Assembly: GCF_001194135.2 (NCBI RefSeq)
Contig: NC_068987.1
Location: 98,672,610 to 98,729,416 of the forward strand
Length of the DNA stretch: 56,807 nucleotides
Direction of reading: 5' to 3'
Source of the DNA: Octopus bimaculoides
Lineage: Eukaryota
The notes below the pieces were generated by a model. The model ran no database searches, was not told the DNA's origin, and was given only the letters and a program-made list of their open reading frames with translations. Positions 38,977-51,184 of the stretch are shown here, piece by piece (within the stretch, counting starts at the first letter, position 1; every line of letters begins with the position of its first letter). A program made the position numbers and the translations under genes.

Positions 38977-39657
38977 CTATATTTACTATATATTACTATA
39001 TTTACTATTTTATTTTCTGCAAGAATTGTAAGAAAGTTACTTGAGATTTGAAAAGACTTGTCACCAAACCTCGAGATAAAACAATTGCTAATTAAATTAA
39101 CATGTACTAGATTAATAATAATTTATTGGGTAAAGGGCCGTAAATTATATTAGTCAATACAAGGGACAATGAAGTTTCACGTAAACATATGCAAGTAATA
39201 AAAGCATTAATAATTAACATGAAAATCGTAGGAACAAGATGCCTCGATACGAAGGAAACACCACATACGAGCGAAGAAGGAATGCCACAGGTCCTGTGCC
39301 AAATGTGTTCACCTAAGCAATTACTCCTCGATGTTTTCGTTGTTGATGATGATGCTTGCCAAATACACCAGGAATTCTTTCATTTTATCCCCAGTCTACT
39401 GAGAACTATTGCTCGCTGTTTTCACTGGTTTTATTTACATTTCTTCAACACAAAATTGTTGGTGGCGTCGTTAATTATTGTCATTTACTTGGAGGCCGTG
39501 GTAATGTGTTTAAGGTTACAGTGTTGATATTTCTGCTAGTTTGGACATTCGATATTTGACTGTATTCATTGTATGTCAGAGTGAGTGTTATAATAACTAA
39601 TGTACTTTCTCTGTGTGTTAACTTTAGTACTGTGCTGCGCTATTAGTACCGCTGCCA

Positions 39658-40035
39658 TTATTAACTCCGCCTTAGCGAAGGCGGATGTATTGTTCTTTGT
39701 CGTGTTTGTTTGTCTGTTTGTTTGTCCGTGGACAAGATATCTCAAGAACCACTGGATGGATTCGGATGAAACTTTCAGGGGTGTTTGGCCTCGTGACTGG
39801 CACGAACTGAGTAGATTTTGGGATCGATCCGGCTCTGAACAAGGATTCTGGATTATTTTCCCTGCTTTTTTACTTAATTTTTGAGAGCAGTCGAGTTCAT
39901 TTTTAGTATTCTCGTCTGTGAGAGCAGTCAAGTTTATTTCAGATATTTTCATTTTAAAAATCCTCTCTGGTTAATCGTTGGGAGGACGTTGGTGTTGCGT
40001 TGGTGGAGGTTTGCGCTCTCTGAATGATCTTCTTA
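39658..40035 (+). mobile_element. Non-autonomous Helentron/Helitron2-type (DINE-1/HINE-like) element
   Basis: Starts ttattaactccgcc and has a 5-prime hairpin tccgcctt-agcg-aaggcgga (39666-39685), a (GTTT/GTCT)n tract and the ggatggattcggatgaaactt motif. Subterminal inverted ggtggagg lies near 40002, and the end gtttgcgctctctgaatga is typical of this element class as I recall it. Confidence 0.75.
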
Positions 40036-41117
40036 ACCTCCAAAACTTCTCTGGGTTTTCTGTATAAAACAAATATATTGTATACTAATGTTTTACGATC
40101 ACATTTTATTTTATCCTGTGTTTTAAAGTGCATTGCTAATTGTTTCGTGTTGGAAATGCAGAGTAAGCCCGGGGTGAGTGCTGTACATATCTAATATAAC
40201 AGTTACTGTCAAGATATTTGCAACATTTAGGAATACAGTAAAATAAGTAAATCTCATTGATCATTAGTTGCGTGGAATATATCACCGCCGGCTTATCATG
40301 CATTTACAACAAAGATCAATTGCGATGCACTGGTTTGACTCTTCATAATTCAAATAGTGTGGGGTAGGGATGGAAGCGTCATTACAATACCTCATAAATA
40401 CTTACATAGTATTAAATTTTTTTTTTGTTTTCAAAATCCTCGCGGGTGTCTTTGACTTTCAACTCTGTGGTGTGATAAGTTAATTACGAATAAAATACTT
40501 CAGTTCTAGTTAATGCATGATAACCATACCCTTAAAAACGTGCTACATCGTACCAATGTCAGAAATCAATATTTACGTGTGGCTGAGAATTATTGTTGAG
40601 GTGCTAATGTTTTTAAGTTTACTAATGAGTGTTCATCACCATTATCTACACACCGGTTTTATATGTATGCCTATATGTGAGCAGATATGTACATATAAAT
40701 GTAAATGAATCTAATGTAGCAGGGAAATTAAAAACGTTTTAACATCGCTAGCGGAAATCGAACACCATATCTGTTGAAAATAAAATACTTGTATCTACAT
40801 ACACATATGCGCACGCGTGCGCACATATTTAGAGTTAGTAGTACGAAGAGAAGAAACTATGTAGATATATAAATGAAGGTTCAAAATTTTCGTACCAAAT
40901 TTGATTAGTGCAAGGCAGAGAACTCAAATTTTGAGCCTGCATACATACACATATATGCATATATTCATACATACATGTAAATGCACATCCACGCATACAT
41001 CCATACGTACATACGTACATACATACATACATACATGCATATTATTCTATACACATTTGTTGTTAAGCGGTGGAATTGGACAAAAAGACACTTACACAAA
41101 TGCACACGCATGTATAT

Positions 41118-41250
41118 ACAACGGTCTTCTTTGAGTTTTCGTCTACCAAATCCAATCACAAGAATTTGATCGACCCGAAAGTGCTACGCAGTGAGACTGA
41201 ACTCGGAACCATGTGGTTAAGGAATAAACTTCTTACCACACAGTCAGTCA
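41118..41250 (-). mobile_element. SINE family B head fragment with internal deletion
   Basis: ttcgtctaccaaatccaatcacaag...gcagtgagactgaactcggaaccatgtgg...ttaccacacag. Confidence 0.7.
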
Positions 41251-41789
41251 TGTGTTCGTGTTTGTGTGGACATATACATACACATAGACTTAAAAGGATA
41301 TGACAAAAGAGAAAGAGGGAGAGGGAGAGGGAGAGAGAGGGGGGGAGAAGGGGGGAAGGAGAAAAAAAGAGAGAAGTAGATATGGTCGGGATACGTGAGT
41401 TGTTCAGTGCTGTACATGTCTTGGGCACCAGTATTTTCTCCTATCATCAGGGACACGTTTGAAAAATCGTGTCAGTTTTGAGTCTCGAAAGAAAGGGAAA
41501 GATAAGGTACAGTGATGCAGTAGAACGACAATACAGTGACAGAAGAAGAACAAAAAAAGAATGTTACATATAGAATTAAAAGAAAAATAAATGCAATGAC
41601 TGATTGAATTTAGGAGTTTTTCGTTTCTTTTGTTCGTGTGATTCAATAAGGCCGATAGGATAGTCTGTGTGAAGTGAGCCGTGATATTTGATGGTGGGTG
41701 GTGGGTGCTTTGCAGTTGTAATCTTAATATAGACACTAAACCGGAGAGAAAGGACATTTGTTAGATTGTTTTATGTGATATTGGTGGAA

Positions 41790-42717
41790 GAGTTAGCGGT
41801 GGTGTCAGTGGTGGTGTCGGTGGTGGTACTGTACTGGTGGTGATATTAGTGAAGTTAATGGGAACAGTTGTGGTGGTAGTCATGTTGGTGGTGGTGGCGG
41901 TAGTGATGGTGTTTGCTGTGGTAGTGGTGGTGGCTATGGTGCTGGTGGTAATGACTGTGGTGGTTTTGGAGGTGTTAGTAGCTGTGGTGGTTATGGTGGT
42001 GCTTTTGGTGTTGTTGATGATGGTGATGGCTTAGGTGATGGTGTTGGCTATGGTTTTGGTGGTGGCTGTGGTGATTGTGATAGTGATGGTGGTAGCGGTG
42101 GTGGTGATTGTTGTGTTAGTGGTAGAAGTGGTGGTGGTTGTGGTGGTAGTAATAGCTATGGTGGTGATGGTGGTGACTGTGGTGTTGGGGTAGTGATGAT
42201 GTTGGCTATGGTGCTGGTGGTAGTGATAGTGGTGGCTGTGGTGGTGGTGGTGGTGGTGGTGGTGGTGGTGGTGATAGTGATGGTGATAGCTACAGTGTTG
42301 GTGGTGTTAGTTGTGGAGTCGGTGGTGGTTGTGGTGGTAGTAACAGCTGTAGCGATGAGTGTAGTGGCTTTTGCTGTGGTAGCTATGGTAGTGATAACGC
42401 TGGTTGTGGTGATAGTAGTGGTTGAGCCGGGGGTGGCTGACGGGGGCGGTTGTTTTGGTGGCAGTGTTGTTGAGAGCAGTGGCGCTAGTATTGGTGGTAT
42501 TAGTGGCTATTGCGGCCAATTGTGATGGATATCTTGGTAGCAGTAGTGATGTTGATAGTAGTGGTGGCAGTGTAGTGGTAGTGGCGAGAGCATCGTAGTG
42601 CAGTGGTAGAGGTTGTGGCAGTGTTGGTGGTGTGGGTGGTAGTGGTAGTCGTAGCTGAACTGAAGGTGATATGTAATTAAGTTTACAGAAGTTAGGAGTA
42701 GAACTAGCAGCACCGGT

Positions 42718-42788
<71 letters not shown>

Positions 42789-43142
42789 CAGCAGCAGTAT
42801 AGTAGTAGTAGTAGTAGTAGCAGCAGTAGCAGCAGCAGTAGTAGTAGTAGTAGTGGTAGTAGTGGTGGTGGTGGGGGTAGTTGTAGCAGTAGTNNNNNNN
42901 NNNNNNNNNNNNNNNNNNNNNNNNNNNNNNNNNNNNNNNNNNNNNNNNNNNNNNNNNNNNNNNNNNGGGTGGGGTAGGTGGTAGTAGTCGTAGTAGTAGT
43001 AGTAGTAGTAGTAGTTGTTGTTGTTGTAGTAGTAATAGTAGTAGTAGTAGTGGTAGTAGTAGTAGTGGTAGTAGTGGTAGTAGTAGTAGTAGTAGTAGTT
43101 GTTGTAGTAGTAATAGTAGTAGTAGTCGTAGTAGTAGTAGTG

Positions 43143-43196
<54 letters not shown>

Positions 43197-43450
43197 TAAC
43201 TGCAATGTTTGTAATCCAGTGAAGATAGTAGCGATGAGAAGAGACTTCCGTGTTGGAAGTGGTGGTGGGGACGATGGCAATCGTGATGATGACGGATAAT
43301 TATAACAGAAATGATGTTGACGACGACGACGGCGACGACGACGATGATGATGATGATTATGATGATGATAAAGTGAAAAAGGAAGGAAAAGAGGATGGTG
43401 TCTGTAGTGGTGGTGGTGGTGGTGGTTGTGGAATGTTGGAGGTTGCATAC
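41790..43450. repeat. Degenerate G/T-rich triplet low-complexity block, (GGT)n/(GTA)n/(GAT)n
   Basis: Directly visible; produces the poly-V, poly-T and poly-Y pseudo-ORFs. Confidence 0.95.
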
Positions 43451-44409
43451 TTCTGGTGGTACATCTTTTGTCATGTTTGTGAAGGTTTTTATCGAGGGTG
43501 CAAGCGAAGATAGCGATGGTGAAGGTGCGATGGGGGATTGCGGAAATGAAATGTAATCCTGATATTCATTAAATGTGGTGATAGGTGGGAAGCAGTGTGG
43601 TGGTATTGAGATGAAAAAAAAAAAATTAAAAAAAAAAGTGATGGCGAAGTTGGTATACTGAGCTGTTGGAGGTGGCATTGTTGAGAAACACGGTGTGGTA
43701 GTGAAATCCAAGGCTACCGGGTGCAGTTGAAAATAAATAATAGTGATAACAGAAGAAATGAAACAAATTCTTTCAAATGAGGATGGTAGCAATATAACAG
43801 CGATAACGCCAACAAGATGAAATAAACAAAAACAACAGCAACAACAATAATAAGGAGTGTGCTACAATGAACGTTCATACCGAAGCTATTATTATTATTA
43901 TCAACAACAACCGTATTCTCACCACGAAACTCAATGATATCATGGCTATTAAAATGATATTTCTGTGTTGGACACAACGATCACACCTCCGTCATCTCTT
44001 TGCCATTTCACAAGCATGAAAGGTAGGTGGGGGTCACTAAGTATTCATTTGGTTATACCACAACCGCCATCGAAAACAAAACTCTCTCACGTGTAAATTA
44101 TCTTTGGAATGAAGTGCAGGACACGTTAGGTGATATAGTCCTATCTGAAAATAAATACAGGATAAAATAGGCAGCTTGTGTATCATTGATCCAAGCCCTC
44201 TGGAACAGGTTAGGTCTTGAAGGCAAAAAAACCCCACTAGATTAGGCCAGACGTAGGACAACTGCTGTTGATCAGTTCCTGATTCGTAAAGTTAATTTGT
44301 TTATCTCATTCAACTGTTCCTGATTGCATTTAGACAATTGTTTTCATTTCCCTCGCAAGCAAAACGATTCAATGCATTGCGATTCTCTCTTGTACGACAC
44401 GTTATAAAG

Positions 44410-44785
44410 ATGTAGATGCCTGCCTTACTTCTTCAACTTGATGCCACTGCATGATACATTGCACAACTGTCTTCTACTTTAGCCACGGACCAACCAAAAT
44501 CTTGTGAGTGGATCTGGCAGACGGAAACTGGAAGGAGCCTGTCGTATATATATGTGTATATATCTTTGTGTGTGTGTGTGTCTTTGTGTCCGTGCTTGCT
44601 CACCACCACCGGTTGACAACCGGTGTTGATGTGTTTACGTCTTCGTGACTTAGCGGTTCTGCATAAGAGATCGATAGAATAAATACCAGGCTTTACAAAA
44701 AGTCTTAGGGTTCAATTTTTTCGACTAAAACCCTTCAAGGCGGTGCCCCAGCTTGGCTGCGATCAAATGGCTGAACCAATGATTG
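44410..44785 (+). mobile_element. Older composite SINE family B
   Basis: Degraded head, tgtcttctactttagcc...cttgtgagtggatctggcagacggaaactg, a short (TA)(TG) tract and the 3-prime module ending ggcggtgccccagcttggctgcgatcaaatggctgaac. Confidence 0.8.
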
Positions 44786-45050
44786 AATATATCCCCAAAT
44801 TCTTAACTATAAGAGAATATTAGTTGACTTATATATTAACTGTTTAATAGCCTTTTTGAATACCTAACTGAGAGCAAACCGGTAAATGTTTGGTGTAATC
44901 CCTTACTATTCATATATATATATATACACACACACATGTATATATATGTGTATACGTATATATATATACATGTATATATGTGTATATATATGTATATATA
45001 TGTACGCATATATACACACATATATATATGTATATATCTACATATTTATA

Positions 45051-45083
<33 letters not shown>

Positions 45084-45234
45084 GCACGCATATATATATA
45101 TTCACACATACACACACACGCGCGCGCGCACACACACACACGCACACACACACACACACACACCCGCACACTTTGTCAGTCATTAAGATGCTGCTTCTGT
45201 GGTTATTGAGTTGTTTTGACTCTTATTTCTAGTA

Positions 45235-45273
<39 letters not shown>

Positions 45274-45697
45274 NNNNNNNNNNNNNNNNNNNNNNNNNNN
45301 NNNNNNNNNNNNNNNNNNNNNNNNNNNNNNNNNNNNNNNNNNNNNNNNNNNNNNNNNNNNNNNNNNNNNNNNNNNNNNNNNNNNNNNNNNNNNNNNNNNN
45401 NNNNNNNNNNNNNNNNNNNNNNNNNNNNNNNNNNNNNNNNNNNNNNNNNNNNNNNNNNNNNNNNNNNNNNNNNNNNNNNNNNNNNNNNNNNNNNNNNNNN
45501 NNNNNNNNNNNNNNNNNNNNNNNNNNNNNNNNNNNNNNNNNNNNNNNNNNNNNNNNNNNNNNNNNNNNNNNNNNNNNNNNNNNNNNNNNNNNNNNNNNNN
45601 NNNNNNNNNNNNNNNNNNNNNNNNNNNNNNNNNNNNNNNNNNNNNNNNNNNNNNNNNNNNNNNNNNNNNNNNNNNNNNNNNNNNNNNNNNNNNNNNN

Positions 45698-45735
<38 letters not shown>

Positions 45736-46335
45736 GCCATAATGATATTAGTTGTCATTAACTTAGAAGCAAGGCAGACAGCAATTAACTTAAGTATAGT
45801 TGATATCAACGAATCACAATGGGAATCATATATCACCTTTAAGTATCATAAACCCAATTTCCTAAAAGTCTACTCACAATATTGAACTTCGCTAAGAATC
45901 AAGTAACTTTAACTATTTGCTTTTTAGATAAAAATTACTCTCTGAAAATGTAAGAAAATTCCACTTCCTCTCAATAGGACAACAACATTGTGTTCCTTAA
46001 CATCATTAATAATGAACCATACAAATTTCAAATACGATGCAACATATTAACACTCAAGACATCACAACAAACAACAATAACATTTTACCAGATATAACAC
46101 ACGCACTACAGAAAATATTTATGAACAATATAAAATTGATATTATTCTATGAAAACGATTTCAGAGTCAAAAAATATACTAAACTACCGTGTATTAACTA
46201 CACGTAACTATCGCACCGTCAGCCTGGTTGATCTTAGTTCCATTCATTCCCTTAGAATCAACACAGGATATTATGATTGAATGTCTAAGCATTCCTCAAG
46301 CATTATTTTGCGCTCAGAATATATAATTTGTGTTA

Positions 46336-46559
46336 CAATAATCCCACGCCGTATCGCGGTTCACCTATCACGGTTAATTATTTAAGCTTACATCGAAACT
46401 TCGGTGGTGGTGTTTTGCATTTATGATAAAATATATATATACAAATTATAAAAATGATAATAATGAAATATGCGGTACAGTACTGTTTCTACTTTGCGGA
46501 TTTTCACCAACCGCGGTGGGTTTTGGAACGTAACACCTGTGATAGGTGAGTGATTACTG
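46336..46559. mobile_element. Tigger/pogo-like MITE
   Basis: Imperfect TIRs caataatcccacgccgtatcgc and reverse complement cagtaatcactcacctatcac, flanked by TA at 46334-46335 and 46560-46561; 224 bp, non-coding. Confidence 0.65.
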
Positions 46560-46977
46560 TACACAAAGGTTATGACAAATTCCGTCGACTTCCAAGCAAA
46601 TGCCCCTTTCAAGCTACTAGTGTGTCTTCGTTTCATGTTCTTTGAATTCAGCCGATGGAGACGACTGGTTGTGCACTCGATTCGCATTTCTCCCTACATC
46701 GTATACACGTATACACGTATTTATGTATGTATGTATGTATGTATGTATGTATGTATGTATGTATGTATGTATGTATGTATGCATGTATAAAGGATTCTGA
46801 ACTTAGGTATTTCGTTCACCTGCTGAATTTCGTTCAGCTGTTGAAATAACTTGCGGGGCATACTCGTGTAAGTAACATTGATGTGTCGAGTTTTTAGCTG
46901 TATCGCTAAGTACACTGTCATAATACATAACACACACACAACACACACACACACACACATACACACACACACACACA

Positions 46978-47022
<45 letters not shown>

Positions 47023-47032
47023 NNNNNNNNNN

Positions 47033-47065
<33 letters not shown>

Positions 47066-47903
47066 ACACACACAAATGCGCTTCTCCTTCGTTGGTATGC
47101 AATGGCGAATGAAGCCGTTACGAATACGGAAGTAAGAAATTATGGTATATGTATGAAGTCCTTGGAGATATTTGTTCTGCCTCGAAACTTTTACTGTAGA
47201 ATATTCTCTTTCTAGCCAACGTCGTGAAACAATGATTTGCTCTCTTATAACCTGTAACGAACGACGTTATTGTAAACCTTTTATGATATGAAATCAAATA
47301 AAAAATAGATGTATATAGTAAAAAAACGAATAAAGTAGTACGACAAATTGGACGATGATTTTATATGAAACATAAAAGGCTAGCAAAGCGTAAACCAATT
47401 TAAACAGAATTGGTGTATTCCACACGGATTAAAAACGATTTAGCCTAGAACTAAATGAGTAAATTAACAATGCCGGGGTAAAGTGGCTTACAGTAAAATA
47501 CTATAATTTCTGAATTGTTTGTTCGTATAATAAACAACCAAACAAATAAACAATAGAGAAAACGATGAAGTAGTAAATGTTTGGAGAAACATCGGTAAAA
47601 TATAGGCAATGCTAACCAAAGTTTCGAAGTAGAATGCCAACCCATAAATACCGTAATTAAAAATGAATGTTAGTCGATTAGCCCGCCCCCCATCACACTG
47701 CACCGCACCAGAGGAAGAAAAAAAACACAAAAAAAGAAAAACAGAAATAAAAACAAAGCAAAATGTTATAGAAAGCTAACATTTTTGACAAGCGATGCAT
47801 ATGAAGATAAACAGTGAAATAATATAATAATCAACATAAAAAAAATTGATACATGGTTTTATATACATAAATATACATAATTAATATAAATACAGATACA
47901 CAG

Positions 47904-47934
<31 letters not shown>

Positions 47935-48099
47935 CACATATCTATATACATATAAATGTATACATACTTACATAGATATATGTATATATGCATACATTCA
48001 TACACATATACATATATATATGTATATACTCACATATATACATATATGTATACACATATATATGCACACATACATACTCATATATATACATACATATAC

Positions 48100-48146
<47 letters not shown>

Positions 48147-49092
48147 NNNNNNNNNNNNNNNNNNNNNNNNNNNNNNNNNNNNNNNNNNNNNNNNNNNNNN
48201 NNNNNNNNNNNNNNNNNNNNNNNNNNNNNNNNNNNNNNNNNNNNNNNNNNNNNNNNNNNNNNNNNNNNNNNNNNNNNNNNNNNNNNNNNNNNNNNNNNNN
48301 NNNNNNNNNNNNNNNNNNNNNNNNNNNNNNNNNNNNNNNNNNNNNNNNNNNNNNNNNNNNNNNNNNNNNNNNNNNNNNNNNNNNNNNNNNNNNNNNNNNN
48401 NNNNNNNNNNNNNNNNNNNATATATATATATATATATATAAAAATATATATCCATACATGCATACACACACATATATGTATATCATAATTTTCTGTTCAC
48501 AAAAGACAGACAATTTGTTTACGTTTATATATGTGTATGTTAATGTGTACGTGTTTTATATATATATTATCAATGTGTGTATTTATTCATGTGCGTATAA
48601 AGGATAATGTTTGCATTTTCGGTAACTTGTGTGTGTGGGTGTGCGTTTGGAGGAAGGGGGGAAAGTGGGCGTATGTCTGCTTGTGCGTCCATCACTGTTG
48701 CTGCTAACGTTCCGCAAAGAAGCAGTCCGACAAATAGATTTCGATATGTGCAAAGTGAAATAAACACCTGGGACGATACGGTGCTACAGTATGGCCGCAT
48801 CCTCTAAGTATAATATGTAAAGCAAAACTGCATACATATATACATACATACATATTTCATATCTACATATATACATAATACGAATATACATACACACAAA
48901 CTCATATATATATATATACATATATGCACACACATATAGACATATGTACACACATACACACACATACACACACATATACTAATTGATATAAAAAATATAT
49001 GTACATACTTATACACATATACACATAGTTATACATATACATACATATGTTTCTGTGTATATATATATATGCTTTTATGTATATATATAAAG

Positions 49093-49162
<70 letters not shown>

Positions 49163-50341
49163 GTATGTGTGTATATATTTATATAAATGTGTATCTGTGG
49201 GCGTGTGGGCGTGTGGGCGTGGGGGTATGTATGTATATATCTAATGTAAAAGTTGCAAAATATATTAACAGATACATTTTACATATGCAAACATTGTCTG
49301 ACATCGAATAAATATAGATAAGTATGTCTATTATATCAAAGATGAACAGTTAGTTCTGCATACATATCATATTTGTCGGCGCATCTGACGCACTCTTGCA
49401 TAATACGCACTCTTGCATAATACGCACCCTATATTACTGCGTTACATCATACTTGTTCAGATGTTTTGAAGTGGTTTTGGCGTAAGCATTTTATTATCCT
49501 ATACATGTAAATACATTATGATGAGTGTATACTAGAATAAAATCTGAAACCATAAATTTATCAAAAATAAACTACGTTATCCGAGTACTGTATTTCAACT
49601 ATGTCTTCTTCGAGATCCCCTCAATAGTTGTTTATATTTTGGTCAAGAATTTTGCCATACACGCTGAAAATTTCTCTCTCTCTCTCTCACACGCACACGC
49701 ACACACACACACAACACACACATACACACACACACACACACATACACACTCACACACTCACGCGCACACTGTCACTACTGTGCCATGCATTACTGCAATC
49801 GGCCGCTAAGGTGCTGCGCAACCGCTATGTTTTTGTTGTCATCCATTCATTACAAATATCTGCCAAGCGCTGGAAAATTGAATATCCCCTTTCTCTTTCT
49901 AGGAAACATTTAAATAACTGAAAATGTTTCTTAACCTTAAGAAGTCCCTAAATGAAACATCCCTCATATCAGCTGAGTGATGTGTATGCTGGGAAAGGTG
50001 GCATTATGAAATAATGGGACTCCTCCACATAATGTTCAACATATAAGATTCCGTAAGTTTTTGGTAACAAGCTTTGAAAGTGAGGCTTGTTTTCAATATT
50101 TTATTATTAATAACAATTTTCTCTTCCTTTCATATTTTCCTTTTTGTTTTTGTTTTTTTTTTGCTTAGAGCTTATGCATGTCGGCATCCTAGCTTATAAC
50201 GGCTGCATTACACGCAGAGCCAATTTTTAAAACTTTGTAAAGCGATACTTCTAAGCTAGCAAATTATAGTAAATATAGTTGCGCACGCACATAAACACAA
50301 TGTATACATACATACATACATATATACATACATACATATAG

Positions 50342-50928
50342 GCACAGGAGCGGCTGTGTGGTGAGTAGCTTGCGTACCAACCACATGGTTCTGGGTTCAG
50401 TCCCACTGCGTGGCACCTTGGGCAAGTGTCTTCTACTATAGTCTCGGGCCGACCAAAGCCTTGTGAGTGGATTTGGTAGACGGAAACTGAAAGACGCCCG
50501 TCGTATATATGTATGTATATATGTGTATATATNNNNNNNNNNNNNNNNNNNNNNNNNNNNNNNNNNNNNNNNNNNNNNNNNNNNNNNNNNNNNNNNNNNN
50601 NNNNNNNNNNNNNNNNNNNNNNNNNNNNNNNNNNNNNNNNNNNNNNNNNNNNNNNNNNNNNNNNNNNNNNNNNNNNNNNNNNNNNNNNNNNNNNNNNNNN
50701 NNNNNNNNNNNNNNNNNNNNNNNNNNNNNNNNNNNNNNNNNNNNNNNNNNCCCTAACCTCGTGATGCTGGTGTGTTTACGTCCCCGTAATTTAGCGGTTC
50801 GGCAAAAGAGACCGATAGAATAAGTACTAGGCTTACAAAGAATAAGTCCTGGCGTCGATTTACTCGACTAAAGGCGGTGCTCCAGCATGGCCGCAGTCAA
50901 ATGACTGAAACTAGTAAACGAGTAAAAG
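50342..50928 (+). mobile_element. Full-length composite SINE family B with an assembly gap in its internal microsatellite
   Basis: A-box-like ggctgtgtgg and B-box-like gggttcagtccc; accttgggcaagt at 50415-50427 matches the CORE-SINE (MIR-type) core as I recall it. Gap 50533-50750, then the 3-prime module ending at 50928. Confidence 0.92.
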
Positions 50929-50994
50929 ACATACATACATACATACATACATACATGCAAGTATGAATGTATGAATATAAAAGCATCATATCGT

Positions 50995-51115
50995 ATTGAC
51001 TTTGCCTTTCATCCTTTCGGGGTCGATAAAATAAGCACCAGTTGAACAGTAGGTTCAATGTAATCGACTTGACGCCTTTCCGCGAAATTGCTGGCTTTGT
51101 GCCAAAATTTGAAAT
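50995..51115 (+). mobile_element. 5-prime-truncated SINE family A
   Basis: gactttgcctttcatcctttcggggtcgataaaataagcaccagttg...gtaatcgact...gtgccaaaatttgaaa. Confidence 0.85.
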
Positions 51116-51143
51116 GAATTTCTATTTGTCTTAAATTCACACA

Positions 51144-51184
<41 letters not shown>

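Larger units (their letters stand above)
34140..39120 (+). mobile_element. Second R4/Dong-like LINE acting as host of nested piggyBac and SINE insertions (pieces about 34140-34340, 36399-37277, 37735-38529, 39004-39120)
   Basis: In order: KKIPNWNDP..GFWL; LNEVRVRKKNL..ID*RKVY..VRHS; IFQGHSL; INHLLYMD; YLPRKEGGRRLLNAEDT joined to IDIAILVLKNYV; CRKGDESINHLSRDC; IPVGIGALG; LQKST joined to ILFSARIVRKLLEI*. Confidence 0.8.

Noticed and set aside
39566-39952. 128-aa and 94-aa ORFs over the Helentron-type element
   Set aside because: Incidental frames across a non-coding repeat.
42507-43792. Long ORFs of 313 and 362 aa on the minus strand and poly-Val ORFs on the plus strand
   Set aside because: They are translations of triplet low-complexity DNA and run through an N gap; no domain content.
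45234-45733. (TG)n-gap-(CA)n here and (CA)n-gap-(TG)n at 55310-56216, which look like large inverted repeats
   Set aside because: The interior is unknown, and both repeat orientations are so common that no hairpin can be claimed.
47640-47740. GC-box-like cccgcccccc, and a possible minus-strand 46-nt exon after a pyrimidine tract
   Set aside because: Single short motif, weak donor and no recognisable peptide; insufficient support for a promoter or exon.
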